Positions 1 to 9,479 of a DNA stretch of 20,000 bases are shown one piece after another. A program made the translations under genes and the position numbers. How positions within the stretch are numbered: position 1 is the first letter of the stretch; each line of letters begins with the position of its first letter. The stretch is from the NCBI GenBank assembly GCA_000934665.2, contig KZ537955.1, positions 171,807 through 191,806 of the forward strand, written 5' to 3'. The notes beneath the pieces are model-generated. The model searched no databases, was not told the DNA's origin, and was given only the letters and a program-made list of their open reading frames with translations. The stretch comes from Catajapyx aquilonaris. Its lineage: Eukaryota.

Positions 1-577
1 AAATATTTCGCGAATCAGCTCTATAGTGACTCACGACGCATTAATAAGGAGGGGGCATATATATATAAAAAAGCTCCAGATGTCGTCGGAATGAATTATC
101 AGAGCGTGCATGCATGCAGAGCAATTTGCTTTTCAGTATCAGTTGTATGCCTGCTTGATAAAGAGTCGTCATTTCTTAATGTTATTGCGCGCCGTAATCA
201 TTATAAAGCTTTGCAAAAGGAATTTATTGCGAGTGGTTGTACAAATATAGAAAAAAAGCCCCTCATCCAAGTCGAGTTAATCCTGTAACGAGGTGTTTCG
301 CCACCTGTATAATGACTTTTACATAAACTGCCTGATTGTGCGTAAATACACAAAACCATATTGCATAATCGCTCCATTTTTTTCCACTCCAAGCGCCTTT
401 TTATGTCAACACAAATATCGGTGGTTATACGACGATTCATTCATAAAATTCAGGGGATTGAAATGTAACGCTGACATTTTGCCTTGTTCTTTTGGATTGA
501 ACATGATTGTCGTGCATTGAAGTCGACTATAGTGTCGAATGAAGAAGGCAGAAATCGGAACGGATTTTCTCTTCCAG

Positions 578-622
578 ACTTTTAACGAGCTGTGTGTAGA
601 CAAGTTTGCATCGAGGACATGA
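578..622 (+). CDS. Possible terminal coding exon of an upstream gene (TFNELCVDKFASRT*)
   Basis: Strong acceptor ttttctcttccAG ends at 577. A phase-0 reading gives 14 codons then TGA, followed by T/CT-rich 3'UTR-like sequence. No homology recognised and no AATAAA seen nearby. Confidence 0.25.
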   Translation, partial: TFNELCVDKFASRT

Positions 623-1929
623 GGAGGGCCACACGTAAATATAAAAGGTGGTCCTGCTGTTGGGCAAGAGCCTGGACGGGTCCTTCCCAGCGGTATTGAC
701 CAATTATTGAATGATTTATTCGAGAGGAGCCCAACGCCAATTTGCGCAGATTTTTTTTCTCTTCTTCTTGCTTCTCTCCTTGTCTCTCTCTATACCAACC
801 CGACTCTCCCAACTTTTTTCTCTCTCTTCGTTCGTCTTATTATTTTTTTTTCTCATGTCGTATCTCTCGCGGCGCCAAACGGGGTGCCGATGTGTTTAAA
901 TGCCATCCACACCATGGGGCGTTGATGTGTTGCTAGATACGTGTGTCTCCAAAACACCCCCGCATGACAGCTCAATTTTGCCCAAACGAGTTTTATTGCA
1001 GTCGGAGAAATCATTCGGACCTGTTTCAACTCAGTGCCAATTTGCGAATTCGCCTTTCTGCCCTTCTTAGCTCATGCACAAACAAGGCTTATCCCATAGT
1101 AAATCTAAATGAAAAAGTACATAGCATCCTATAGGTTTTACTGTGCAATGTATATAGTAAGAAAATAAGTACAGTGGACATTAGTCGTACTTGTCGTGCC
1201 ACGAGCCGATGGCGGCAAAAGAGCGAATCTAAAGTTGCCTCTGTATAACCTTCATTTGATCGAAATTTCTTGAAATTTCATTATTACGCTGGGATAAGCC
1301 TTGTTTATGCATGAGCTATAAAAAGGGTATGACCACCTCACTTATATGATCAAGTAAAGGAGGTCATATACGGAGGGAAAAATTTCGATTCGCTCTTTTA
1401 CCGCCAATGGCTGGTGGCGCCACAAGTACGACACCACTAATAACCAGCACTGTGTACAAATGGGGGCATTCATCAAAGAGGTTAGGCCAGACGTATCCTG
1501 ATGCTATGCAACCATCATCACTCTAGGGTTGTTTTTTTTTCAAGTGGTAGTACTTATTGATGCTGATTGCCGAGCAACAATTAAAACCAGGCGCGTGCAC
1601 TGATACCTACGCCCTTTTCATTCCCTCATCGTATAATAATCGCCCACACTTGACGATATGCCATGTAGCTACATAATATCTCTCTGCTATAAATAGTCAG
1701 GTTTCGCACAATAGACCCCTGTGGTATCCCCCCTCCTTCCACACCCTGTTGCTAGTTGCTGGTAGTTGTTGACGGTCTGTCTTTTCTGGACAGGTGACAA
1801 AAAAAAAAGTGGACATATACACGTACGCACTGCATGAGTGTGTGTGTGTGTTGCTGTTGGAGGGGGAGGCAATGGGGAGAGATTGTCTTCTTCCTTGAGA
1901 AGCGAGTCGGGATTGGAAGTTGGGTTGGG

Positions 1930-2091
1930 GCCACGTGACCCCCTCCCCTATTGCGAAGAGAGGGGGGGTGAGCAGGGTGGAGGGGGGTAGAGAGGGGAGG
2001 AGGGTGTGAAGAGAAGGCACAGAAGGGAAACGAGAAGCGGTCAGTACGAAGGTGTAGTCAGTCAGCACAGGAAGGGTCTCCGTGGGGGTCA
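1930..2091 (+). promoter_or_regulatory. TATA-less Inr+DPE core promoter
   Basis: TCAGTC at 2058-2063 matches the Drosophila Inr TCAKTY (A+1=2060). GGTCA at 2087-2091 matches DPE RGWYV at exactly +28..+32. Upstream are a purine/G-rich tract and E-box CACGTG at 1932-1937. Confidence 0.55.
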
Positions 2092-2214
2092 CTCAAAAAA
2101 AGTGCGCGTGCTGCTCTTGTTTTTTTTAATTTTATTTTTGGTGACAAGTGATTATTTCTCTCTCTCACGGGTGAAAGGTGTGCGGTTTTTTTAAAGGGGT
2201 GATCGGAGGATCAA
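2060..2214 (+). other. Putative non-coding first exon (5' UTR)
   Basis: Starts at the Inr, contains no ATG, and ends at donor CAA|GTGAGT (intron starts 2215). Confidence 0.5.
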
Positions 2215-2966
2215 GTGAGTTTCAATTGGATATTGGTGTACTGGTTGAGGGGGGGCTTGTTGGAGACACCTCGTCGAATTATTGTGTGTACGGTACTGCT
2301 AGGTCGTGGGGAAAAGATCAAGGTCGGAATTTCTGAGCCGTTTGATATCGTCTGATGCGACTCAGATTTACAGCCGGTTTTAAAAATAAAGGCTCTAATC
2401 ATGTGGGTGTTCGCAACGATTAACATTGCCAACAATACTCGGTGCAGGAAATTTGAGCATGTGATCATAAGTGTTAGGTAACGGCCACAGTTCGACAACA
2501 TAATATTTTGTCATCGGTGTTGACTGGAGTGCTAGGCTATTGTTACAGTGAAATATGGCCTCTAACGGACCTTGGAACCATCGGAATTTATGTCCATTAC
2601 GGATCTTTTGTTTGATTCCAGTTAAGGATTGTTGAAGTGTTTCGTGTCTCATATGAACCTGTTCAGTCGCGACTTGGTGGCATTAGTTGCCTTCGCTTTT
2701 TGCCCGGTATAGTACCTTTTTTTCCTCCTCTATTGGGCCTACTGACCAAATAACCTAGATTCGTATAGCGTGCGTAAAGTCATCTGCATACCACAGATTT
2801 CTGAGGAATTCCATTAGGGCAGCAGTGCCTCCAAGTAGCCCCCCCATCAGCCCAGAGGTGACAATATAGGCCCACACATTAGTTTGGTCACAACTCTTCA
2901 ACAGATCAGTGCAACTTCCCCCCGATAATCAGCATAGGTGCTGGTGTAGCCCATGTGTGTTGCTGG

Positions 2967-3194
2967 ATGTTGTTGTCTCTGGTGTCCCCTGTGGTGGTGA
3001 TGCCGATGAGGAGGTGTCGCAGGAGTGCTGGAGTGGCTGCTACCACCCGTGTCATCGCTGCCTCTTCCGACAGTTCTAGTGTTTCCTCCTCGGCCATCAG
3101 TAATAGTCCTCAACTTCAACTTCTTGCCGGCGCCACCGACTCCCCGTGCTCGAAGCTCCATGTTCGGGACGTAGCAACACATGATCATAACCAG
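2967..3194 (+). CDS. Candidate first coding segment (76 codons, Ser-rich N-terminus) within putative exon 2905-3194; product unknown
   Basis: Acceptor actcttcaacAG (2903-2904) and donor CAG|GTCTGT (3195) bound a GC-richer, codon-like block. ATG at 2967 is open to the donor: MLLSLVSPVVVMPMRRCRRSAG...SSDSSSVSSSAIS...HDHNQ. The true start is uncertain; ATG 3181 in another frame is an alternative. Confidence 0.4.
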
Positions 3195-4029
3195 GTCTGT
3201 ACCCTACATCTATATAATTTGGTGACAATGCTCAAAATGAAAGTGACGTCAGTTGCTTTCAGATATTTTAACAATGAATAACTATACAGATGGCCTCGAG
3301 TGAATTAACCATTATATGACACGTACAATCCGTTGCATCGGCGACATTTTCGACTCATCTCGAGGAACCGCTCCTTTTTTCGGCGGTTTTTGGAGAGGGG
3401 AAAGCGCTGCCAGTTATTCCTCGGGTTTTTGGACGCGCCTCGTAATTATCCCATCATAATTGGATAACTTGCTCGGGGTTTCCGGGTGTTGCAAGAAGGC
3501 CGAGGGGTTACTCACTTCTGCTAATTCGCGGTCAGGCAACGGGGAGGCCCGTCGCTGTAATGGAAAAAGCCTGTCGGGCCAACTTTTACTCCCCCCTTCC
3601 CCACACACCCCCATTTTTTGGAGAAAAAAATAAAATAAATGAGATTGAAAAAAATGGGCTATTTTGGCTCCGAAATGACCTTACCACACGTGTGATATAG
3701 AGAGACTGGAATAAAATTGTTTTTTCCCCGAGCCAAAAAAGGGGGGGTGTTAACTCTCCGCGCTAATTAACCAGCTTTGCGTGCTCTCCGTTGCACAATT
3801 TGATGTCTGTCCGTGGGGGTACATAACTACGTGTTTCGGGAAGGGTCGTACTCCGTGGAAAGTTTGGGGCGAACTTTTTCTTCCTCGTGGGACTTACACA
3901 GGGTGGTACACCTCTCATGTCTTCACCTGTAGTGACCACCTTTTTTTTTTTTGGTATTAGAATGCTCTGGATGTGCACCACCCTGTAGACTACACGTGAT
4001 TCATTACCGATACTATATTAGGCCTCGGG

Positions 4030-4300
4030 TAAGTGGGTACAAAAAAAAAGCGGATCGGTTTTGGTGTCGGTGCGGACACATTTGGGCGGCATCTCGAGGT
4101 TGCACCTAATAAGTGTTGTAAACTAAGTATGTGTTTAGCGTGTGGTTTGGAAGGAGTGGCTGAGCACGAGCCTGCTGTGGGACGCCCTCCGTGCCAAATG
4201 GATGGGCCAATTTACACCTGCTGGCCCCGATGTGGCTCAAGGGCCCCTCGAACGAAGAGTTTTGCTTGAGAATTGCACAGGAGCCATCAGTCGATGGCGC
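4030..4300 (+). mobile_element. Degenerate LINE ORF2 3' fragment (CCHC zinc-knuckle region, R1/LOA/I-like)
   Basis: Translation GADTFGRHL...SMCLACGLEGVAEHEPAVGRPP resembles the GHGxFxxHL...SPxCxxC...ETxEHxLxxCP C-terminus of non-LTR ORF2. Motif comparison by eye only. Confidence 0.4.
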
Positions 4301-4305
4301 CTGGG

Positions 4306-4552
4306 AAGTTGCTCCGGAGCAAAGTCGTTCGAAAAAAAAATGGGCGGGAAAAGTTACTTCCGGAGTAAGTATAGTTCACTTACTCTCCGCTAGGGGCTTA
4401 TCCGTAAGTTGCTCCGGAGTATCTTACCATTTTCACTCTTTTTTCATGTTGACATTTTTCTATTGAACGCCAATGGTTTTTCCGGAGTATCTTACCCCAA
4501 TCACTTTTATTAATTTTTCAAAAATTTTTATCTTGAACGCCCCGGAGTAACT
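4306..4552. repeat. Degenerate tandem array around palindromic TCCGGA core (MITE/minisatellite-like)
   Basis: Five (T)CCGGAG cores at about 4313, 4359, 4413, 4481 and 4542, spaced roughly 45-70 bp. Units 4413-4471 and 4481-4541 share TCCGGAGTATCTTACC...TTGAACGCC. Confidence 0.7.
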
Positions 4553-4554
4553 GC

Positions 4555-5510
4555 TTTCACGTGCTGATGAATCCGGGTCCAATTCCAGTCGTCTCATTGA
4601 GATTCATCGCCCCCTGCGACGGGCCTTGTACCAGGTGGGCCGTAGGGATGACGAAGCCGTGTCTGGCCTGACAAATCGGTACAAATTGGGCTGCTTTATT
4701 TGGAAGGGGGGGGGGGGGTTTCCTGCGACAACCGAACGGGTTGGGTGTGCAAAAAGGTGGCGTAAGTGCAGGGTAAGCTCCCGGAAACTTTTTCAACCCC
4801 GGTGACACGGACCGTCCAGCAGTTTGTCCGGCTATTATCCCGCCAAAGCCCCTTGTACTTCGGAGCAAGGGCCTGCATGTTAAGGGCGTGTTAAAAACCG
4901 ATGGGTCTTTTTAGCCCAAGAGAGTTATGGCGCGACTGGATTTCGCCCACTGGCCAAACTCTACCTGCTAAAAAAAAAAATGTGAAAGAAAATCTAAACC
5001 GGCTAGCTGTGTTGTCGATTGACACTTTGGGTTAAAGGGCATTGTCGTTCGTTCGACAGCACCTGTATACACCTGAGTGTCCTTGCCATACTTTTATGGT
5101 GTACGGGCCTTTTACTGTTTATTGGGTGTCCCAACCCCACCCCTGCCAAAGTGACCGGTAAAGCGAGTGGTCACCACGGCGGTGTGTTGTAAAAACCAAG
5201 AAGGCCGCTGGCCGTTGTAAAGTGGTCAGGGAGCAAATGGCTTGTATCGGGTGTTTCTCAAATTCCCATCTGCCTTAGCACAAAATTCCGAAGCGTGTAT
5301 TAGAACATATACTGATGGTAAATTTAACTGCAGCTTTGGGATGCCCCCCCAATGTTTGAGAGGCGAGGCTGACTTGAGGCTTGACCCCACAGGCGGAATT
5401 CGGGAACCTGCGGGAGCTCCACCCAACCCCCAAAGGGTAGTCTCGGGTAGGATCTCGGTGGGGGATCTTTCCGTGATTTGCAAGCTGGCAAAGTGGCCCC
5501 AACAATAACA
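4555..5510 (+). mobile_element. Highly degenerate Penelope-like retroelement (RT + start of GIY-YIG endonuclease)
   Basis: Motifs fall mostly in one frame and in the right order: FHVLMNPGPIPV (~FDVxSLFTNIPV), GFLRQPNGLGV (~GxFYxQxxGLxMG), APGNFF (~LANIFM), KPLV...LHVKGV (~KP..W.RYVDD), MARLDFAH (~LxxLNSxH), GANGLY (~NGYP), RVVSGRISVGDLSV (~GVVYxIxCxDC). Several stops are present. Confidence 0.6.
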
Positions 5511-5589
5511 AAAAAAGAGGAACCATCTAGATGCGTCAGCTCAGATTCAGACTGAAATGATTCAAATTGGCGCCATAGCGACGCAGAAT

Positions 5590-5655
5590 GAATGCGCAAG
5601 GGGTATGCGCGGATCATGTGCGCATAGGGTATGCGTAGAAAGTGTGCGCATTGCC
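5590..5655. repeat. Short degenerate tandem repeat (TGCGCA / AGGGTATGCG units)
   Basis: atgcgcaagggtatgcg, tgtgcgcatagggtatgcg and tgtgcgcattgccggtat recur at about 26-28 bp period. Confidence 0.5.
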
Positions 5656-5907
5656 GGTATACCAACCGAGGCAATTTCCATAATCAATTCATACCTACAC
5701 ACACATCAATATTACGCTCCGTGGCCTTCTGATTACAACCCCTTTTACGTAAGCGCACAGGCGTGTGTCTGAAAGGATTAAAAGCGGGTGATTCATGTTG
5801 CAAGGAGAGAGGCTTCTAAGTAAATGGATGGTGGGGGTGTTCGCTTCGTGCCAATACAGTTCCATTTAGCCTGCTGTGCTGGGGGTGTGCACCATACATT
5901 ATATCAG

Positions 5908-6125
5908 ATGAGTCAGAAAGTGCTATATCTGGCGCGCATGCACGCACATTTGTTTGGGTGCCACTGCGGAATAATTGTCGCTCGTTTTGCCTAGCTGACT
6001 CATTACGCGAACTGCGAACGGAATATTGCTATTTTTTTTTTGTTTCTTCCTCCGAGCTCTCTCTGGCGTCCGATTCCAGGCGCCGTAATGTAATAACGCC
6101 CCTGACACTATATATCCTGAGTCAT
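5908..6125. promoter_or_regulatory. Candidate intronic enhancer: three ATGASTCAG (AP-1 / CNC-Maf-like) sites
   Basis: ATGAGTCAG at 5908-5916, CTGACTCAT at 5995-6003 and CTGAGTCAT at 6117-6125. A bZIP palindrome TTACGTAA lies at 5745-5752. Confidence 0.45.
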
Positions 6126-6949
6126 TACCGGACCGGATGCCCGTATTTGGCCGTAACGGCCAAGCACGGCGCAAATAAATAAGGATTAAACCCACCCATT
6201 CATACGGCGCTCATCCCGAAAAACGGTGTGCAAAATGCGTATACCCGGCACCTGACACTTGATAGGGAAAAAGACAAAGAGGAACCGCTTGCATAACCAT
6301 ACGTGTCCGAGGGATTAAAGGATAATATAGTCCGCGGAGAGCACATTTTTCCATCGCTTATTTGGAGTGTCCTCAAGGCCACTGTGGTTTGTGTATGATT
6401 TGGTGGAATCTTAATGGAAGTGTTGTTGCCTGGAAGAGCAATCCGCCCCAGGGTAGTGTTGGCACTAGACAAAGCAATCGGTTGGAAAATAATAGAAAGA
6501 AATCGCGTCCACATTGTTTTATCATTAAAAAAAGCCTACATTCTTCTCACGAAGGGCGGTCAGTTTCTGTTGGTTTTCTATATATAAGCGTTTGTCTCGG
6601 TTTCAGGTGCAGCTTATTATGTGTGCAGCAGTATTATACAACTTTGGCGATTGGCTTATATCGGCCATTTTTTTTAACGATGAGATATGCGGCGGCTTTA
6701 CATTTCCGCGTGCAACCAGGCCTACCATGCCCCATTGTAGACCTCTATAGAGTAGTGGCGCCTGCATGCCGCACTCTGGAATGTTACATTTTCACCTTGA
6801 CAATAAGTACTGTGGCCCATTAAAAGTTTACAGGCGTCGTTCAATAAAGCCACCCTAAGGCTGATGTTACACGGTAGTTATTCCCATCCCTTGGATTCCT
6901 TCAGGGGGTCTGCTTACAACACCTGTGGGCCTCTCTTTTTATAACGCTC

Positions 6950-7405
6950 AAAAGTTATACGATTGTTCGCCATCAACCGCGATCAGGTTATTTGCACTAT
7001 TTTTTGTCGTTGTCTATTCGCCAAGCGATATATTCCCGGCTCAGCTTCCAGGGTTGACACCCGATCTTTTTTTTTTTACTTATCCCCACTTGCTAGACTT
7101 GACCACCGGTCTGCAGACCACTAATTGACAACACGCGGTCCAGCTTTTTTTCCCCCCATCGCATCGGCTTCCATTACCATATGAATGCTGGCCGCATGAC
7201 TGATGTGATAATACGCGGAGGTCGCACGGAAAAGAAGGCATCGTTTGGACACACACAGACGAAGGTGCGACTAGAAAAAGTGCCAACAGGGCTAATTGTC
7301 CGAGTGGAAGTGACTGAGAGAAACAGGTTTATTCTCCCCCAACTCTTGACCAACATGTCAAGGTTCTTCCACAGGCACCGTGTTAGTCCCCAGAACGCCA
7401 TCTGA
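6950..7405 (-). mobile_element. Degenerate LINE reverse transcriptase C-terminal fragment (I/Jockey-like)
   Basis: Minus-strand LWKNLDMLVKSWGRINLFLSVTSTRTI resembles LQxxLDxLxxW...LxxSxxKTxxI. It is followed by weak matches to KLxWK, SGxxWG and YGxxAW at expected spacing. Confidence 0.4.
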
Positions 7406-7425
7406 ATTTATAAAAATGCCTGCAG

Positions 7426-7441
7426 CACACACACACACACA
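7426..7441. repeat. (CA)8 microsatellite
   Basis: Direct reading. Similar (GT/CA)n tracts occur at 1838-1851, ~10990, ~12736 and 19946-19963. Confidence 0.9.
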
Positions 7442-7697
7442 GCACCGTGAGAAAAATCGGACCCGAACCTTACTTTCTATTTCTGACCTGACTCTCAGGT
7501 ATTAACGAGGAACGATTTGCATGCGACCCCTGTTTTTACTGTCGACCCCTCGACGCCGCATTCAGGTGCTCACCTGACCCGTGCTAAATCAGTCACCTCC
7601 TCGGCATTTTCAAACCGGTGACTGCGACCTCTTCTTCGGCCTCAAAAGTCGCGTGCCCGCCTCACTATTCAGAAATGGTGTCTAACTATACACAAGT

Positions 7698-7820
7698 TAA
7701 GGCCTGTTGACACACTCACGATTTGAGCCTCGGTCGCACGACCATACGATTTGTCCGTCGCACGACCAGACGATTTGCGACCGACAAATCGTATGGTCGT
7801 GCGACCGAGGCTCAAATCGT
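7698..7820. mobile_element. Foldback/hairpin MITE fragment with PIF/Harbinger-like left end
   Basis: 7718-7755 is a perfect 38-bp inverted repeat of 7783-7820, extending to 45 bp with one mismatch around a 13-nt loop. It is built from ~23-bp GTCGCACGACCAxACGATTTG subrepeats. The left flank TAA-GGCCTGTTGACACAC resembles a TAA target plus Harbinger-type TIR; the matching right terminus is absent. Confidence 0.65.
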
Positions 7821-7949
7821 AATGGCGTCGTCTGCTGGAAAGAATAACAGGTATGTTTAGGCGTGGTTTTTCGGTCTGGGTGGCCGGTTCTTACTATAGG
7901 TTCTTATGATGCTTGGGTGTCCGGCAAGGTGGGTTGCACAGTAGTTGAG

Positions 7950-8200
7950 GGTTGGCCAATTTCACGGCAAATGTGTGTGCTACGGGCCAATTGCGTGCCC
8001 TCGAGGAGAAGCCTGGCCGCGCCCCTGATAGCCCCTTGTGCTCCCTAATTTCTTCGGCGTTACTTTCGCAAACTGGATGCCCCGCCGATGATTTACGCCG
8101 TTTGGATTCGGGGGTGGCCCTCACCACCAACTAATTGCCGGCTTTTGTGTCCGGACTGCTGGGGGATCTACTCTGCAAGTCTTGCGATAATTTCTGCTAT
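7950..8200 (+). mobile_element. Degenerate LINE ORF2 3' fragment (CCHC region)
   Basis: VCATGQLRALEEKPGRAPDSPLCS...TGCPADDLRR...LLG resembles RLRTGHxxL...GxxxSPxC...HxLxxCPxxxxxR...LLG. Confidence 0.5.
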
Positions 8201-9135
8201 TAGGCGCTAATTGGCATATATGTCTGGGGTTATTAAGTTACATGAAGGCGTGTCGAGGGAGTGAGGAAAGGAGAAAAAAAAGCGTGTGCTGCTGGCATGG
8301 AATATCTTCCTTTCATTCTCTGACAGAACACGGATAGGTCTACAGAAATATTTCTATTGTCGCCTTTGCTTCCATTCTTATTGTTTGTCCTTCCAGGAAC
8401 AGCAGAATGGCGTTGAAATGAAGCATTTTGTTGACCGTTTCTTCACCTTGGATGTTGCTCCCGGTGTACTATTAGAATGGGTTAATGTGAAGCTCATTAA
8501 TGCCAATTTTTGTGGAATACAAGTTCGTTGGTCGTTTGTAGTAATCACTGATATCGCCCGAAGTAGTTATTTTTGTGTAGCTTGTTGTGCCCCGATCCAA
8601 TAGCCTCAGGTGGTCGAATGTAGCAGTGGCTACATAATAGGGCAACTGTGGTCACAACAAGCTATACTTAAAAAACGGTTTTGAGCGAAATAGCCTATAA
8701 CTATAAAATGACCCACGAACTTGGAACGCCCTGCTTTTTTATATAGATATATAATATATTAAAAAAGTTATTTTCTTGAGACGTTTTGAGGCACGTGGAT
8801 GACACCACACGATCAGGAAAACCTCACAGGGCCCTAAGTTCTTCGAACTCTTACCGTTTAGCGGATGTGGGCAAGTGTGACTAACGCCCTGCTATTTACA
8901 AGCCCTTGTTCTAATTTTATAGCCGCTTAGCATCGGCTTCCCCTGAACAACGGATGTGTGGCTAGCAGTTATCAGTGCAGGAATTTTATTCACCCAAGAT
9001 GTGGGCCAAGGGTAAACCCTCCCCAACTTCGAAATGAAAAGGAAAAAAAAGTCATGGCCAAGTGCGAAATTCGGCACACCCACCTCCTGTAATCTTTTCT
9101 CATTTTTTCCACCGGGTTTTTGCCCCCCCCCCCCC

Positions 9136-9373
9136 NNNNNNNNNNNNNNNNNNNNNNNNNNNNNNNNNNNNNNNNNNNNNNNNNNNNNNNNNNNNNNNNN
9201 NNNNNNNNNNNNNNNNNNNNNNNNNNNNNNNNNNNNNNNNNNNNNNNNNNNNNNNNNNNNNNNNNNNNNNNNNNNNNNNNNNNNNNNNNNNNNNNNNNNN
9301 NNNNNNNNNNNNNNNNNNNNNNNNNNNNNNNNNNNNNNNNNNNNNNNNNNNNNNNNNNNNNNNNNNNNNNNNN
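9136..9373. other. Assembly gap (238 N) flanked by poly-C
   Basis: N run with C13 on the left and C9 on the right. Confidence 0.99.
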
Positions 9374-9479
9374 CCCCCCCCCTCCCCCATTGGAAGGACC
9401 ATCCCGGTTCGTGTGTGGTTGTCGGTGTTTCTGTTGGCCACCGGGAACGAAAATGGTTTTTGGCCCCAAGGAAATGGGG

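Noticed and set aside
4306..4552. CRISPR-like array of palindromic repeats with spacers
   Set aside because: The 'spacers' are homologous to each other, repeat length and spacing are irregular, there are no cas genes, and the context is eukaryotic.
6200..6514. Minus-strand ORF faintly like LTR RT (GRIAL...IKIPP...TTVALRT); plus strand PYVSEGL resembles a Penelope linker
   Set aside because: These are two conflicting weak matches with no further motifs in order, so the segment cannot be assigned.
6362..6823. 153-aa ORF
   Set aside because: Non-ATG start, no domain similarity and no convincing splice boundaries.
8286..8603. Minus-strand LDRAQQATQK*LLRAI resembling LINE LDxxQxxxxRxxxGA
   Set aside because: Only a single short motif, insufficient to call.
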